From: Candidatus Pacearchaeota archaeon
GTDB lineage: Archaea > Nanobdellota > Nanobdellia > Pacearchaeales > GW2011-AR1
Direction of reading: 5' to 3'
Assembly (NCBI GenBank): GCA_018304045.1
Contig: JAGVWZ010000009.1
Coordinates: 13-64,012 of the forward strand
Length of the DNA stretch: 64,000 nt
Shown here: in pieces, positions 10,872 through 22,011 of the stretch
How positions within the stretch are numbered: position 1 is the stretch's first letter
Layout: each line of letters begins with the position of its first letter
Program-made: the position numbers and the translations under genes
The notes under the pieces: model-generated
Databases searched by the model: none
Told to the model about the DNA's origin: nothing
The model's input: the letters and a program-made list of their open reading frames with translations, nothing else

Positions 10872-12245
10872 TTATAAACTAAATCCAAATAATCTTTCAT
10901 CTGCTTTTTTTCTAAATTCTTTGTATGCTTTTCTATAGGCAATATCAACAACACTGTTTGGAGCATCAATCATTACTTGAGAAAGTCCAAGTCTATGCAA
11001 TTCAGGATATTCAACAAATATGGCAAAAAGTCTTTGCAAATTTGAAAGTTGATTTTTATAAGTTTCTGGAAAATTAAGTTTAGATGAATCAAAAAAATTA
11101 GCAGCTAAATCTTTAAAATCTCCTGTATAAAATCCTTGCTGCTTAGAATGCTCACCTAAAGAAGTTCCTGGATAGGGTTGAAAAATTGAAACCCATGCAT
11201 AATCTGGATTGCACCTAATATTCATTTCAAGAGTTGAAATATCTTTTTCTATTGAACCTCCTGGCAAACCTATTATGTTTTGAAGCATAAATCTTATTCC
11301 CTTTGATTTTAACATGTCGCAGGCAGCATAAATCTGTTCTTTGGACATTCTTCTTTTAAGCACTTCATTTCTTAAAAAATCATCAGCTGTTTCTGCTGCT
11401 ATATGCACACTATAACATCCTGCATTTTTTAAAAGATTAATTTTTTCTTCATCAATTGTATTTGGCCTTACATGACAATGGAATGGAAGATTTACTTGCC
11501 TTGAATAAAGTTCTGAGAATTGTCTTAACCAATCTCTGTTTAAGGTAAAAGTATCATCTTGAAAATATACAAATTTTGTTGGAGATTTACCTGTAACCTC
11601 TACAACTTCTGCAACTACACTTTCTACATCTCTGAATCTGACTCTCTTACCTTTTCCAGAATATAATTCTGCATATTGTTCATTAAAACAATAGGCACAG
11701 GAAAATGGACAACCTCTTGATGCTAAAAAATGTTTAATTGGACCATCTCCAACACCTGTAAAATTAGTAATTAAATCCCTGTCTGGAAATGCCAAATTAT
11801 CTAAATCTGAAAATGGTCTTAAATCATTTCTTTGTATTGTTCCATTTAAATTAAAAGATAAATTTGGAATATTAGTTACAGGCTGTCCTTTTTGAAGTTT
11901 ATCCAAGAGTTCTGCAAAAGCTTCTTCACCTTCTCCCTTACAGATAACATCTACTCCGGGTTCTTCGACAAGTTGTGGAAAAAAAGTTGGATGTGGTCCA
12001 CCAAATATTGATAAAAAATTATGAGCTGCTTTAAGTCTTTGATTCAAAGAAACATACATATCTTGATCTCCTGTCATAACACTATAACCTATTACTTGTG
12101 GTTTAAACTCTTTAACTACTGTTTCTAAATTATCAGAAGTTGTTACAAGTTTGGTTTCATGACCTGCTCTTTTAGCTGAAGCTGATAAGTACATTAATCC
12201 TAATGGCTCCATAAAAAATGGTTTGGAAATAAATAATGCTTTCAT
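10872..12245 (-). CDS. cobalamin-binding-domain (class B) radical SAM protein
   Basis: 457 aa. N-terminal B12-type Rossmann domain (GYSVMTGD, FGGPHPTFFP, ICKGEGE) followed by SRGCPFSCAYCFN (CxxxCxxC). Paralogue of 19581..21056. Confidence 0.85.
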   Translation of the reverse strand: MKALFISKPFFMEPLGLMYLSASAKRAGHETKLVTTSDNLETVVKEFKPQVIGYSVMTGDQDMYVSLNQRLKAAHNFLSIFGGPHPTFFPQLVEEPGVDVICKGEGEEAFAELLDKLQKGQPVTNIPNLSFNLNGTIQRNDLRPFSDLDNLAFPDRDLITNFTGVGDGPIKHFLASRGCPFSCAYCFNEQYAELYSGKGKRVRFRDVESVVAEVVEVTGKSPTKFVYFQDDTFTLNRDWLRQFSELYSRQVNLPFHCHVRPNTIDEEKINLLKNAGCYSVHIAAETADDFLRNEVLKRRMSKEQIYAACDMLKSKGIRFMLQNIIGLPGGSIEKDISTLEMNIRCNPDYAWVSIFQPYPGTSLGEHSKQQGFYTGDFKDLAANFFDSSKLNFPETYKNQLSNLQRLFAIFVEYPELHRLGLSQVMIDAPNSVVDIAYRKAYKEFRKKADERLFGFSL

Positions 12246-12313
12246 GTCAATCTTATTATATGGACTATATTGAAAGAAATGGATTTATAATCTTTATGGA
12301 TTTTAAGAATAAT

Positions 12314-12976
12314 TTATTTTTTCTTAGCTATCACCACAACTAATCTTGAAAATAAACTTGGATATATTTTTGCTAGTGGTTTGATTATTAGGTCTAAAAA
12401 ATAAAAAAAATCACTTGTTTTGCCAGTAGTTGATTGCCAGATTGGAATTACTTCTAAAATCTCAACTTTTTTTGAAAGTAAATTTATTATGTCACACACC
12501 CTTGGTTTATGTATGTGCCCTAATTTTTCTACTACTTCTAGATTAATTTCGATTATGTCTCTTTTTATTCCAAATAAATGAATCAATCTTTGCCAGAAAT
12601 TGTATTCATTTGGCATGGATATTATCAAAAATCCATTATCTTTTGTGACCCTTATAAGTTCGTCAATGACTTTATTAGGATATAACACATGTTCAAGTGT
12701 TTCAAGACAAACTGTGACATCAAAGGTCTTAGCTTTAACTGGAATTTTCCTTTTATTTAAATCACAGTTATAATCTCCTTGTCCATCCATATCAAGTGAC
12801 TTGCATTCTACATTTGGAGGAACTATTTTTTTTAACTTGTCATCCTGAGAACCTACATCAATAACCTTAATTTTCCCTTTAAATTTTGATACAAATTGTA
12901 GGACAACCCAGTATTGGGCAAAACTACGTTTTACTAATTTAAGAGTTTCAGTTTTAGAATTAGAATCATCTTTCAT
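12314..12976 (-). CDS. class I SAM-dependent methyltransferase
   Basis: 220 aa with VIDVGSQDD, CLETLEHV and GFLIISMPNE motifs. Its start overlaps the upstream gene's stop. Confidence 0.75.
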   Translation of the reverse strand: MKDDSNSKTETLKLVKRSFAQYWVVLQFVSKFKGKIKVIDVGSQDDKLKKIVPPNVECKSLDMDGQGDYNCDLNKRKIPVKAKTFDVTVCLETLEHVLYPNKVIDELIRVTKDNGFLIISMPNEYNFWQRLIHLFGIKRDIIEINLEVVEKLGHIHKPRVCDIINLLSKKVEILEVIPIWQSTTGKTSDFFYFLDLIIKPLAKIYPSLFSRLVVVIAKKK

Positions 12977-14558
12977 GTTTTTTTAAATAATCTTTTTGGG
13001 CCTTTTTTTCCCTATGCATTTTAATAAGACGATTTGATAAGTTTTTAAATCCTACTTTTCTATAAACATAAAATCCATACTTTGCAACATGAAACATGTT
13101 CCTTATACTTGTATAAATTCCTCTTGGAAGCCAGGAAATAAATTCCAAATAAAGATTATATTTCATTGCAATTGAAATAATTTTTAGTAAATACCTGAAT
13201 TTTAATCTTGGTTCTGCAACTCCAAACAAAAACATGTAAAATGCTTTTTCAATCTCAAATTTTGTAAAAGTTGGTGTTTCTGACATAACTATTGGACATT
13301 CCAGTGGAGGTGTAACTGAAGACCCATATTCAAGTTCATTATAGATTATCCCATTATTTTTTTCTAGCCATTCTCTTGCAGGAGTATATCTAAATGGAAT
13401 AAATAAATTTAAGCTTACTTGATCTGCTTTTAATTTATTGCAAAGTTTTATAGAATCTTTTGTTCTTTCAAGACTGTCTCCTGGAAGACCTATAATAAAT
13501 GAAACACTTAATCGAATCCCATATTTTTTTATTAATCTGCAGGCTTCTTCAATCTGTTCAAAGGTTTCACCCTTATTTGCCATTTTAAAAACCTCTGGAT
13601 TCCCATGTTCAACTCCTACTGAAAGAACACGACAATTACATTGTTTAATCAATTTTACTATTTCTTCATTAAGACTATCTGCACGAGTATTAACAATAAC
13701 AAGTTCTGAATTTATTTTCTCTATGTATAATTTTAAAAGATTAATAAAACGTCCCATATGGACTGTAGGACAATCATCAAATAATACAAATCTTAGATTA
13801 GGAGATATTTCTTTTTTTGCTAGTTCCATTTCTTTTATGCATTCTTCGGGTTTTCTTGGTCTCCAATACCTATAGGACAAACCTATAGATGCACAAAAAC
13901 TACATTTGTTTGGACAACCTCTTGAACTCATTATTGGATAACTTGTTATGTTCTGCCATCCATAAAAAGATTTATAATCTGAAAATGGAACTTTATATAA
14001 ATTGAGAATTTCTTTGGATTTTATAATTTTTGCAGTTCTTTGTTTTTTTGCATTTTCAACAACAGGAATTATTGTCAGTTCTGCTTCTCCAATAAATATG
14101 TAATCTATTCTTTTATCTTTCTTTAGCACATCTGAATACATTGATGCATGAGGGCCTCCAACCATTATTGGAATTTTTGGAGAAATCTCCTGGATTTTTT
14201 TTATTATATCATTTGCCTCTTTTGAACTTGGAGTATATATGCTGATTCCTATAATATCTGGCTTAAACATATTAATAAAAAACGAAACATCCTTGTCCCT
14301 ATCTTCAAATAAGAATGCAAAATCTACAACCAGCACTTCATGGCCTCTTTTTTTAAGGACTCCTGCAAGAGATGCAAGACCATTATGGGGAATCATAAAA
14401 ACAGTATCTTCTTTTTTAGGATTTATTAAAAGAATTCTTTTTGTTTTTTTAATTTTTTTTAAATTCTCCAAGTCTGATGATTTTAAGTATTTTAATTTCA
14501 TAATATTTTTTCTACCATTTTTATGTTTAGAATGTATTTTATTCACAAAAAATATCAA
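12966..14558 (-). CDS. cobalamin-binding-domain (class B) radical SAM protein
   Basis: 530 aa. B12-type motifs IGISIYTPS, VGGPHAS and FIGEAE, plus SSRGCPNKCSFCAS. The start could instead be the internal M20 (14501). Confidence 0.8.
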   Translation of the reverse strand: MIFFVNKIHSKHKNGRKNIMKLKYLKSSDLENLKKIKKTKRILLINPKKEDTVFMIPHNGLASLAGVLKKRGHEVLVVDFAFLFEDRDKDVSFFINMFKPDIIGISIYTPSSKEANDIIKKIQEISPKIPIMVGGPHASMYSDVLKKDKRIDYIFIGEAELTIIPVVENAKKQRTAKIIKSKEILNLYKVPFSDYKSFYGWQNITSYPIMSSRGCPNKCSFCASIGLSYRYWRPRKPEECIKEMELAKKEISPNLRFVLFDDCPTVHMGRFINLLKLYIEKINSELVIVNTRADSLNEEIVKLIKQCNCRVLSVGVEHGNPEVFKMANKGETFEQIEEACRLIKKYGIRLSVSFIIGLPGDSLERTKDSIKLCNKLKADQVSLNLFIPFRYTPAREWLEKNNGIIYNELEYGSSVTPPLECPIVMSETPTFTKFEIEKAFYMFLFGVAEPRLKFRYLLKIISIAMKYNLYLEFISWLPRGIYTSIRNMFHVAKYGFYVYRKVGFKNLSNRLIKMHREKKAQKDYLKKHER

Positions 14559-14841
14559 TCATTTGGGTTTAAAAAGATTATTATAAAATCACAGTAGATA
14601 ACTATTTCAGAGAATTGGGTTTTAAAAATTGGTATCCTATCAAGTTAATTCAAAAACTTACATATAAGTTTTTCTAAAAGTTAGTTTAATTAGTAGGCAA
14701 AGCAAGGTTGCATTTATAACAAAATATATATTCACATCCATCTTATTTGATTTAAAGAAGTCATTACTTGTAATGACCTTCCCATAGATATTTTGACATT
14801 ACTTATCATGCTCAAAAAAACAAATGTTCATCTAATGATAA

Positions 14842-15978
14842 TTAGAATAATGATTCTATTTTTTCTATAACTCTATCCCAAGCAAACTGCTGGACAGATA
14901 ATTTTGCTTGTTTTTTTAGTTCATTATTCTTAATACTGTCTTCCAGGGCAGAATCTATTTTTTCTGCAAGTGACCTTGGATTGTCAAATTCAAATAAGTA
15001 GCCATTATTATCATTTATCAAGTCTCTAATCGCTATGCTACTGCTTCCTATTACTATTTTTCCACGAGACATTGCTTCTATGAGCGCCTGAGGCATTCCT
15101 TCTACTCTTGAGGGAAGGACAAATACTCTTGCAGAATCAATCTTTTTTATTTTTTCTTTGATATCATATATTGGCTCTGAAATTAATATTCTGTCAGATA
15201 TGTGAAGTTCATTTATCATTGATTTAATTTTATTAAAATATTCTTCTTCTCTTGGACCTACAATTTCAATTTTTATTTTTTTATCTTTAATAAAAGGCAC
15301 TGCTGCAATAAGGGTCTCAACTTTTTTCTTAGGAGATATTCTGCTAAAAAAAAGAATTTTATTTTCTTCTCTTGTTTGTTGTTTTAAATTAAAAAATTCC
15401 ATAGGTATACCATTTGGAATATAAACTATATTCTCTTTTGGAGCTCCTGCTTTGATTAGATAAGGTATTTCCCAATGAGAAATTGCTAATATTTTATCAA
15501 ATTTTTTAAGGCTCATTGGACCTATAAATCTGTCATAAAATTTAACAATTATTGTTGCTAATTTAGAACGAGTAATATTTCCTTCTACAAATGGGGCATG
15601 GGTTACAAGAAATAATTTTACTTTTTTTCCCCTCTGCCTTAGCTTTTTACTTATTTTAATTGATAAATGCGTATGTGTATGGCGATAATTATGGGTGATT
15701 ATTATGTCTGGTGAATAATCAAGAGCTTCTTTTTCAAAATCCCAATTCATAAAACTTTCTCCGCCTAATTTTTTTGCTGGAAACCTTAGTATGGATATTC
15801 CATTTAATGATTCGTTTTCAGGAAGTATTCTATCTGAGCCTTTTTCAAAATAGGAAGAAAATACTCTTACTTCATAACCTCTTTTAACTAATTCTAAGGA
15901 TTCTTGTTTTACTCTTGCCCATACTCCACACCCACCTGATGAATAAGGGCATATTTCTAGTATTTTTAGTTTGGGCAT
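14842..15978 (-). CDS. GT4 family (GT-B) glycosyltransferase
   Basis: 378 aa. C-terminal SRVEGMPQALIEAMSRGKIVIGS is a GT4 E-x7-E type motif. Confidence 0.85.
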   Translation of the reverse strand: MPKLKILEICPYSSGGCGVWARVKQESLELVKRGYEVRVFSSYFEKGSDRILPENESLNGISILRFPAKKLGGESFMNWDFEKEALDYSPDIIITHNYRHTHTHLSIKISKKLRQRGKKVKLFLVTHAPFVEGNITRSKLATIIVKFYDRFIGPMSLKKFDKILAISHWEIPYLIKAGAPKENIVYIPNGIPMEFFNLKQQTREENKILFFSRISPKKKVETLIAAVPFIKDKKIKIEIVGPREEEYFNKIKSMINELHISDRILISEPIYDIKEKIKKIDSARVFVLPSRVEGMPQALIEAMSRGKIVIGSSSIAIRDLINDNNGYLFEFDNPRSLAEKIDSALEDSIKNNELKKQAKLSVQQFAWDRVIEKIESLF

Positions 15979-15979
15979 A

Positions 15980-16501
15980 TTATTTTATCACTTCTAATTT
16001 AAAATATAAATCCTGAACAGGAAGAAATTTCCTTAAAATTATTTCATGTATTTTTGGAAATAGATTTGAAATTCCCTGAAATATTTTAAAAACACTTCCA
16101 TAGATTATTTTTCTTTCAATTATGTTAAATCTTGCTTTTGTGTAAAAATTATAATCAAAATCTTTTGTAAAGTAGTCCATGGAATAGTAGGAGAAAAAAA
16201 TTCTATGGGTTGGATCTTTAAAAGCTCCTAGAGAAGCAAAATGAGGAACTCTTATTTCAATTATTGCATTATTTTTGCATATCCTATGTATTTCTTCCAT
16301 TACTTTTATAAGATTTTCAAGATGCTCTAATGTTGAAATTGAAATAATATATTCAAAAGAATTATCTTTAAATGGCCATGGAAATTTATCCAGATTATGA
16401 ACTATATCTACTCCTGGAAGTTTGACAGAATCAAGATTAATAAATCCTTGTCTTATGTCTGTTCCACATCCTAAGTGAAGTTTATTAGACTTATTTATCA
16501 T
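15980..16501 (-). CDS. SAM-dependent methyltransferase (type 11)
   Basis: 173 aa with LHLGCGTDIRQGFINLD and STLEHLENL motifs. Confidence 0.75.
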   Translation of the reverse strand: MINKSNKLHLGCGTDIRQGFINLDSVKLPGVDIVHNLDKFPWPFKDNSFEYIISISTLEHLENLIKVMEEIHRICKNNAIIEIRVPHFASLGAFKDPTHRIFFSYYSMDYFTKDFDYNFYTKARFNIIERKIIYGSVFKIFQGISNLFPKIHEIILRKFLPVQDLYFKLEVIK

Positions 16502-16594
16502 GGAATAATTGATGAAAAGAGGTTTAAAATATTATCGGAACTAGGTTATAATAATACATAAAAACTTTTAAAGGGTTTTAAACATTTCATAAAT

Positions 16595-17770
16595 ATGAGA
16601 AGACTATCAGATTCTGCACAAAGATTAGAAGGACAAAAAATGTTTCAAATACTTGCAAAAGCAAAGGAACTTGAAAGAGAGGGAAAAAGCATACTTCATT
16701 TTGAAATTGGAGACCCTGATTTTGGAACTCCTCAAAATATTGTAAATGCAGCTTATTCTGCACTTAGAAATGGGGAAACTCATTATACAACTTCTTCTGG
16801 AATTTTGGAGTTAAAGGTTGCTGCTGCTGATGTAACTGTAAGATCTAGAGGATTTAGGCCTGAATTAAATCAATTGCTTGTAACTCCTGGTGCAAATTCT
16901 CAAATATATTATGCTTTTTCATGTGCTGTTAATCCTGGAGAAGAAGTAATTATTCCAGACCCTAGTTTTGTTTCCTATAGATCAATATTAAATTTTCTTG
17001 GAATAAAGCCAGTTGGAATTCAATTAAAAGAAGAAAATGAATTTAGATTAAATCCTGATGATGTTAGAAAAGCTGTAACTGATAAAACTAGGATGATAGT
17101 TATTAATTCTCCACACAATCCAACTGGTTCTGTAATGACTGAAGATGAAATTTCAGAAATATATAGAATAGCTGAAGAAAGAGATATTTATTTACTTAGC
17201 GATGAAATCTATGCTAGAATGAAATATCATGATTCAAATTCTAAGTCTTGTTCTCCAAGCAAATTTGACCATTGTAGAGAAAGAACTATTGTTGTAAATG
17301 GGTTTAGCAAGTCCTATGCAATGACTGGTTGGAGACTTGGAATTGTTACAGCACCTGCTGATTTAACTGAAAAAATGGGGCTGTTACTTGAAACAACAAC
17401 TTCCTGTGTTTCTCCATTTGTACAAAAAGCAGGAGTAGAGGCATTGAGGGGAAGTCAAGAACCAATATTTGCAATGATTGAAGAATTTAGAAAAAGAAGA
17501 GATTTAGCTATTGTTGGATTAAATGAATTACCTGGTGTAAAATGTGTCAAACCTCAAGGTGCATTTTATGCTTTTCCAAATATAACTAAAACAGGGTTAG
17601 ATAGCTATGGTTTTGCAAATCTTATGTTAGAAGAAGCAGGTGTTGCTCTTTGTCCTGGACCTTTTTTTGGAAAACATGGTGAAGGATATGTTAGACTTTG
17701 CTATGCTAATTCTCTTGAAAATATACAAAGAGGAATTGAGCGAATGCAGGATGTTCTCAGAAGTAGATAG
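16595..17770 (+). CDS. class I/II PLP-dependent aminotransferase (AspAT-like)
   Basis: 391 aa with NSPHNPTG and FSKSYAMTGWRLG (Schiff-base Lys). Higher-GC gene. Confidence 0.85.
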   Translation: MRRLSDSAQRLEGQKMFQILAKAKELEREGKSILHFEIGDPDFGTPQNIVNAAYSALRNGETHYTTSSGILELKVAAADVTVRSRGFRPELNQLLVTPGANSQIYYAFSCAVNPGEEVIIPDPSFVSYRSILNFLGIKPVGIQLKEENEFRLNPDDVRKAVTDKTRMIVINSPHNPTGSVMTEDEISEIYRIAEERDIYLLSDEIYARMKYHDSNSKSCSPSKFDHCRERTIVVNGFSKSYAMTGWRLGIVTAPADLTEKMGLLLETTTSCVSPFVQKAGVEALRGSQEPIFAMIEEFRKRRDLAIVGLNELPGVKCVKPQGAFYAFPNITKTGLDSYGFANLMLEEAGVALCPGPFFGKHGEGYVRLCYANSLENIQRGIERMQDVLRSR

Positions 17771-17814
17771 TAAATCATAATTAAGTTTAAAAAGAAAATC
17801 AAGCTGGATTTTTT

Positions 17815-19584
17815 ATGAGAGTCTCAGATTATATTGCAGATTTTATAGCTAACCAAGGGGTGAAACATCCATTTTTAATAACTGGGGGGGCTGTTTTTGG
17901 ATTAGTTGATGGAGTTGCTCATCATCCAAAATTAGATTATATTTGCACTGAAAATGAACAAGGGGCTGCAATGGCTGCTGATGCATACTCAAGAATTAAT
18001 AATAATTTGGGTGTTGCTATTTCTACAAGTGGACCTGGTGCTACAAATCTGATTACAGGTGTTTGCTGTGCTTGGTATGATTCAATTCCAACTTTATTTT
18101 TAACAGGACAGGTTTCTTCTGGAAAATTAAGAGGAGATTCTCAAGTAAGGCAATTAGGATTTCAAGAAACAGACACTGTTGCATTGTTTAGTTCTATAAC
18201 TAAATATTCTAGTCAAGTTAGAGATCCAAAAGAAATAAGATATGAATTAGAAAAAGCAACTCATCTTGCTAGAAGTGGAAGACCAGGACCTGTTCATCTT
18301 GATATTCCAAATGATGTTCAAAGAACTGAAGTAAATCCTGCAGAATTAAGAGGATATAGTCCTGAAAGAAGAACTGTTGATTATGAAGGTTTAGGAAGAA
18401 AAGTTGCACAAGCACTAGACATGCTAGATGGGGCGGAAAGACCTTTGATTATTTTAGGTGCAGGAGTTAGACTTGCTAAGTCTGAAAAAAGAGCGCGAGC
18501 ACTTGTTGAAAGATTAAATATTCCTGTTGCATTAACCTGGGCTACTAAAGATTTTCTTCCCTATGACCATCCATTGGTTATTGAAGGTTTTGGTGTTTCA
18601 TCAGGAAGATATGGAAATTTTGCAGTACAAAATGCAGATATGATTTTAGCAATAGGAACTAGACTAGATACCCATGAATCAAGTAATTTAGCTTTATTTG
18701 CAAAAGGAGCTAGAAAAGTTATTGTAGATATTGATAAACATGAACTTGAAAAATTTCCAATAGGTGGAATGGAACCAGAAGTTGTAATAAATAATGATGT
18801 TGTTGATTTTTTAAATGCTGTAGAATATTTATCTAGAAATTCTTCTCCAAGAAATTTAAAAGAATGGCTTGGAAAAATAAATCATTGGAAAGAAAAATAT
18901 CCTATTTGTCCTGCAGAATGTTTTCAACAAAAAGGAACTGTGAATCCCTATGCATTTATGGATGTTTTATCAAGACAATCAAAAGAAGGAGATATTATAA
19001 TCACTGATGCTGGAGCTACTTTAACTTGGACAATGCAGGGATTTAGAATAAAAGAAGGCCAAAGATTGATAACTGCATTTAATAATTCTCCAATGGGATA
19101 TTCGCTTCCTGCTGCAATAGGTGCATATTTTGCTTCTGGAAAACCAATTGTCTGTACAATGGGAGATGGCTCAATGCAAATGAATGTGCAAGAACTTGCA
19201 ACTGTTAGACATCATAATATTCCTGCAAAACTGTTTATATTTGATAATAAGGGTTATGGCATGATTCGTCAAACATTGGACACTTATATGGGAAGTAGAT
19301 ATGCTGCTGTAGATAACCAAACAAAACTTCCTGCCCCTAATTTAAGAAAAGTAGCAGAGGCCTATGGAATTCCTACTTCTGAAATAAGAGATAATAGTGG
19401 ATTAGAAGATGGTATAAGACATGTTTTAGAATATGATGGACCTATTGTTTGCAATGTCAATATAGATCAGAATGAAAGAATTCAACCTAAATTAATTCCT
19501 GGAAAGTCTTTAGAAGAATTAGCTCCAAGATTATCTGATGAAGAATTAGCAAGAGAAATGATTATTCCCGGGGAGAAAAAATGA
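17815..19584 (+). CDS. ThDP-dependent enzyme, acetolactate-synthase/YerE-like
   Basis: 589 aa, three-domain ALS-like layout. ThDP motif GDGSMQMN...IFDNKGYGM. Confidence 0.85.
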   Translation: MRVSDYIADFIANQGVKHPFLITGGAVFGLVDGVAHHPKLDYICTENEQGAAMAADAYSRINNNLGVAISTSGPGATNLITGVCCAWYDSIPTLFLTGQVSSGKLRGDSQVRQLGFQETDTVALFSSITKYSSQVRDPKEIRYELEKATHLARSGRPGPVHLDIPNDVQRTEVNPAELRGYSPERRTVDYEGLGRKVAQALDMLDGAERPLIILGAGVRLAKSEKRARALVERLNIPVALTWATKDFLPYDHPLVIEGFGVSSGRYGNFAVQNADMILAIGTRLDTHESSNLALFAKGARKVIVDIDKHELEKFPIGGMEPEVVINNDVVDFLNAVEYLSRNSSPRNLKEWLGKINHWKEKYPICPAECFQQKGTVNPYAFMDVLSRQSKEGDIIITDAGATLTWTMQGFRIKEGQRLITAFNNSPMGYSLPAAIGAYFASGKPIVCTMGDGSMQMNVQELATVRHHNIPAKLFIFDNKGYGMIRQTLDTYMGSRYAAVDNQTKLPAPNLRKVAEAYGIPTSEIRDNSGLEDGIRHVLEYDGPIVCNVNIDQNERIQPKLIPGKSLEELAPRLSDEELAREMIIPGEKK

Positions 19585-21056
19585 CTAAAGCAATGTTTAT
19601 AACAAAAGGTGAAGAACATTATCCTCCAATGGGAATTATGCAACTTTCTGCTGCTGCAAAACAAAACGGGCATGAAACCTGTGTTGCCTTGACTTCAATA
19701 GAAGATGTATGGCAGAGAATAGATGAAGAAAGGCCTGATGTTGTTGCATATAGTGGTTCAACAGGAGAACATAGGGCTTATTTTGAAATCAATAGGGAAG
19801 TTAGAAAAAAACATCCTAGAATAAAATCAATAATGGGTGGACCTCATGCAACTTTTTTTCCTGAAAAAACATTGAGTAATGCAAGACTAAATGCTGTTTG
19901 CATTGGTGAAGGTGATTTAGCTTTTTCTAGATTTTTAGATAGGGTTGGAGAAGGAAGAGATTTTTCAGATGTAAATAATTTAATGACAAATCCCTTACAA
20001 AGACCTCAGTTAGATCCTCTTGTACAGGATTTAGATAGTTTACCTTTTCCAGACAGAGGACTTTTTTTTGATAGAGGAGATGCAGGACAAAACCCATTAA
20101 AACATTTTTTTATTTCAAGAGGATGTCCCTATAGCTGTACCTATTGTTTTAATGATAGTTTTAGAAAAATGTATCCTGGAGAAAGATATGTTAGAAGGAG
20201 AAGTGTTGATAGTGTTCTTGAAGAAATAGATGAAGTTGGAGCAAGATGGCCTATGAAATTTATAAAATTCTATGATGATATTTTTTCATTAAAAGTAGAT
20301 GATTGGCTAAAAGAGTTTGCAGATAAATATCCAAAGCAAGTTGGACTTCCTTTTTTTGCATTACTGAGGGCAAATTTAGTTACAGATGAAATGGCTGATT
20401 TATTAAAACAATCTGGATGCCATGCAATAAGTATGTCTATTGAAGCTGCAAATCCAAGAATTAGGGAAGAGATATTGCAAAGAAAAATGACAAATGAACA
20501 AATAATTGCTGCATACAGGGCATTTGGACAAAGAGGAATTGCAATACAAAGCAATAATATTCTTGGACTTCCTACATCTACAATTGAAGATGATATTGCT
20601 ACTCTTGATTTAAATATTGAATGTGGAAAATATGCAAGGGTTATGGCTGAATTTGGAACAGCACATCCTTATCCTGGAACAGCACTGGGAGATTATTGCC
20701 AAAAACATGGATTGTATGATTCTGGAAGTGGATTTTTTGATATGCATCAATCTTATCAAACAGAATCCCCATTGAATTGCTTTACTCCAATGGAAAAAAG
20801 AATGCAGAGAAACTTGACTATGCTTGGACCTGTTGCTGTCAGGTTTCCAAGATTAAGAAATTTAATTGTAGATCATTTAATAAAATTGCCTACAAATCCT
20901 GTATTTTTTACTGCTTTTGATTTAAATAAGGCAACAGGTTATATGCAACATATTTATCAAATGGAGAGGAGCTGGGGAGATTATGCAAAAGTATTATACA
21001 GAAGTTTTAGAAAAAATTGGTTTAAAAGAATGGGGGAGAAGGTAGATGCCAAATAA
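19581..21056 (+). CDS. cobalamin-binding-domain (class B) radical SAM protein
   Basis: 491 aa. MGGPHATFFP and CIGEGD B12-domain motifs plus ISRGCPYSCTYCFN. ATGA start/stop overlap with the ThDP gene. Confidence 0.85.
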   Translation: MTKAMFITKGEEHYPPMGIMQLSAAAKQNGHETCVALTSIEDVWQRIDEERPDVVAYSGSTGEHRAYFEINREVRKKHPRIKSIMGGPHATFFPEKTLSNARLNAVCIGEGDLAFSRFLDRVGEGRDFSDVNNLMTNPLQRPQLDPLVQDLDSLPFPDRGLFFDRGDAGQNPLKHFFISRGCPYSCTYCFNDSFRKMYPGERYVRRRSVDSVLEEIDEVGARWPMKFIKFYDDIFSLKVDDWLKEFADKYPKQVGLPFFALLRANLVTDEMADLLKQSGCHAISMSIEAANPRIREEILQRKMTNEQIIAAYRAFGQRGIAIQSNNILGLPTSTIEDDIATLDLNIECGKYARVMAEFGTAHPYPGTALGDYCQKHGLYDSGSGFFDMHQSYQTESPLNCFTPMEKRMQRNLTMLGPVAVRFPRLRNLIVDHLIKLPTNPVFFTAFDLNKATGYMQHIYQMERSWGDYAKVLYRSFRKNWFKRMGEKVDAK

Positions 21057-22011
21057 AGATGTTCAAGAATATTTTCCACAAATAACTTGTCCTCCAAGAA
21101 GAATACCCCATAATGGAAATAATACTTTATTTGAAGTAAATACTGAAACTGGGAGATATATTTTTAAACAATATTTTGGACATTATGAGTCCTGGCAAAG
21201 AGGAATTTCTGAATTTAATGCACTTTCTTTTTTATGGGAGAATGGTTTTAGAAATATTCCTCAACCCATAAAATTTTATGAACCTGATGTAGGAATATAT
21301 AAATTTATTGAAGGCAAACCAATTGCTGGAAAAGATGTCAATGCTGAAGATATAAAAAATGCAGCTGAATTTTTAGCTAGACTCCATGATCTTGGAGAAA
21401 AAGATAAAGAAAGATTTGGCCCTGCAAGTTCTGCATGTTTATGTTTAGGAGATTATTTAGGGGTTGTTGATAGAAGATATGCAAGAGTTTCTGGATTTGT
21501 TAATCAAGATACTCCTGAAAAAACAAGAAGATTTGTTTTAGAAGATGTTTCTAGAAAAATAGAAGATGTTAAAGCCAAATTTGGAAGAGATTCAAGGAGT
21601 TTGGATTTAGAAATCCAACTTACTTTAGGGCAACAGGTTTTAACTCCTGCGGATTTTGGTTTTCATAATGTTTTAAAAAATGGAAATCAATATTCATATA
21701 TTGATTTTGAATATTTTGGAAGAGATGATCCTGCTAGACAATTATTAGATTTTGTTCACCATGGTAGTTCTAAGGAAATAGGCAGAGAATTGAAAGAATT
21801 ATTTTTAAAAGAATATTTAGAAAGAATTAGTCCTGCACAAAGAGTTAGCAGAGATAGACTGGAATTACTTGATCCATTAATTCAGCTTACTTGGGTGTTA
21901 ATATGTTTAAATGCTGTTAATAGTGATTATAATGTTCATTTGGAAAATAGAAAAGAACTTGCTGAAAAAAGAATAGCAGAAGCAGAGGAAAGATTAGGGG
22001 CTATAAAATGA
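21046..22011 (+). CDS. APH/choline-kinase-family small-molecule kinase
   Basis: 321 aa with DFGFHNVL (catalytic loop) and IDFEYFGRDDP motifs. Overlaps both neighbours. Confidence 0.75.
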   Translation: MPNKDVQEYFPQITCPPRRIPHNGNNTLFEVNTETGRYIFKQYFGHYESWQRGISEFNALSFLWENGFRNIPQPIKFYEPDVGIYKFIEGKPIAGKDVNAEDIKNAAEFLARLHDLGEKDKERFGPASSACLCLGDYLGVVDRRYARVSGFVNQDTPEKTRRFVLEDVSRKIEDVKAKFGRDSRSLDLEIQLTLGQQVLTPADFGFHNVLKNGNQYSYIDFEYFGRDDPARQLLDFVHHGSSKEIGRELKELFLKEYLERISPAQRVSRDRLELLDPLIQLTWVLICLNAVNSDYNVHLENRKELAEKRIAEAEERLGAIK

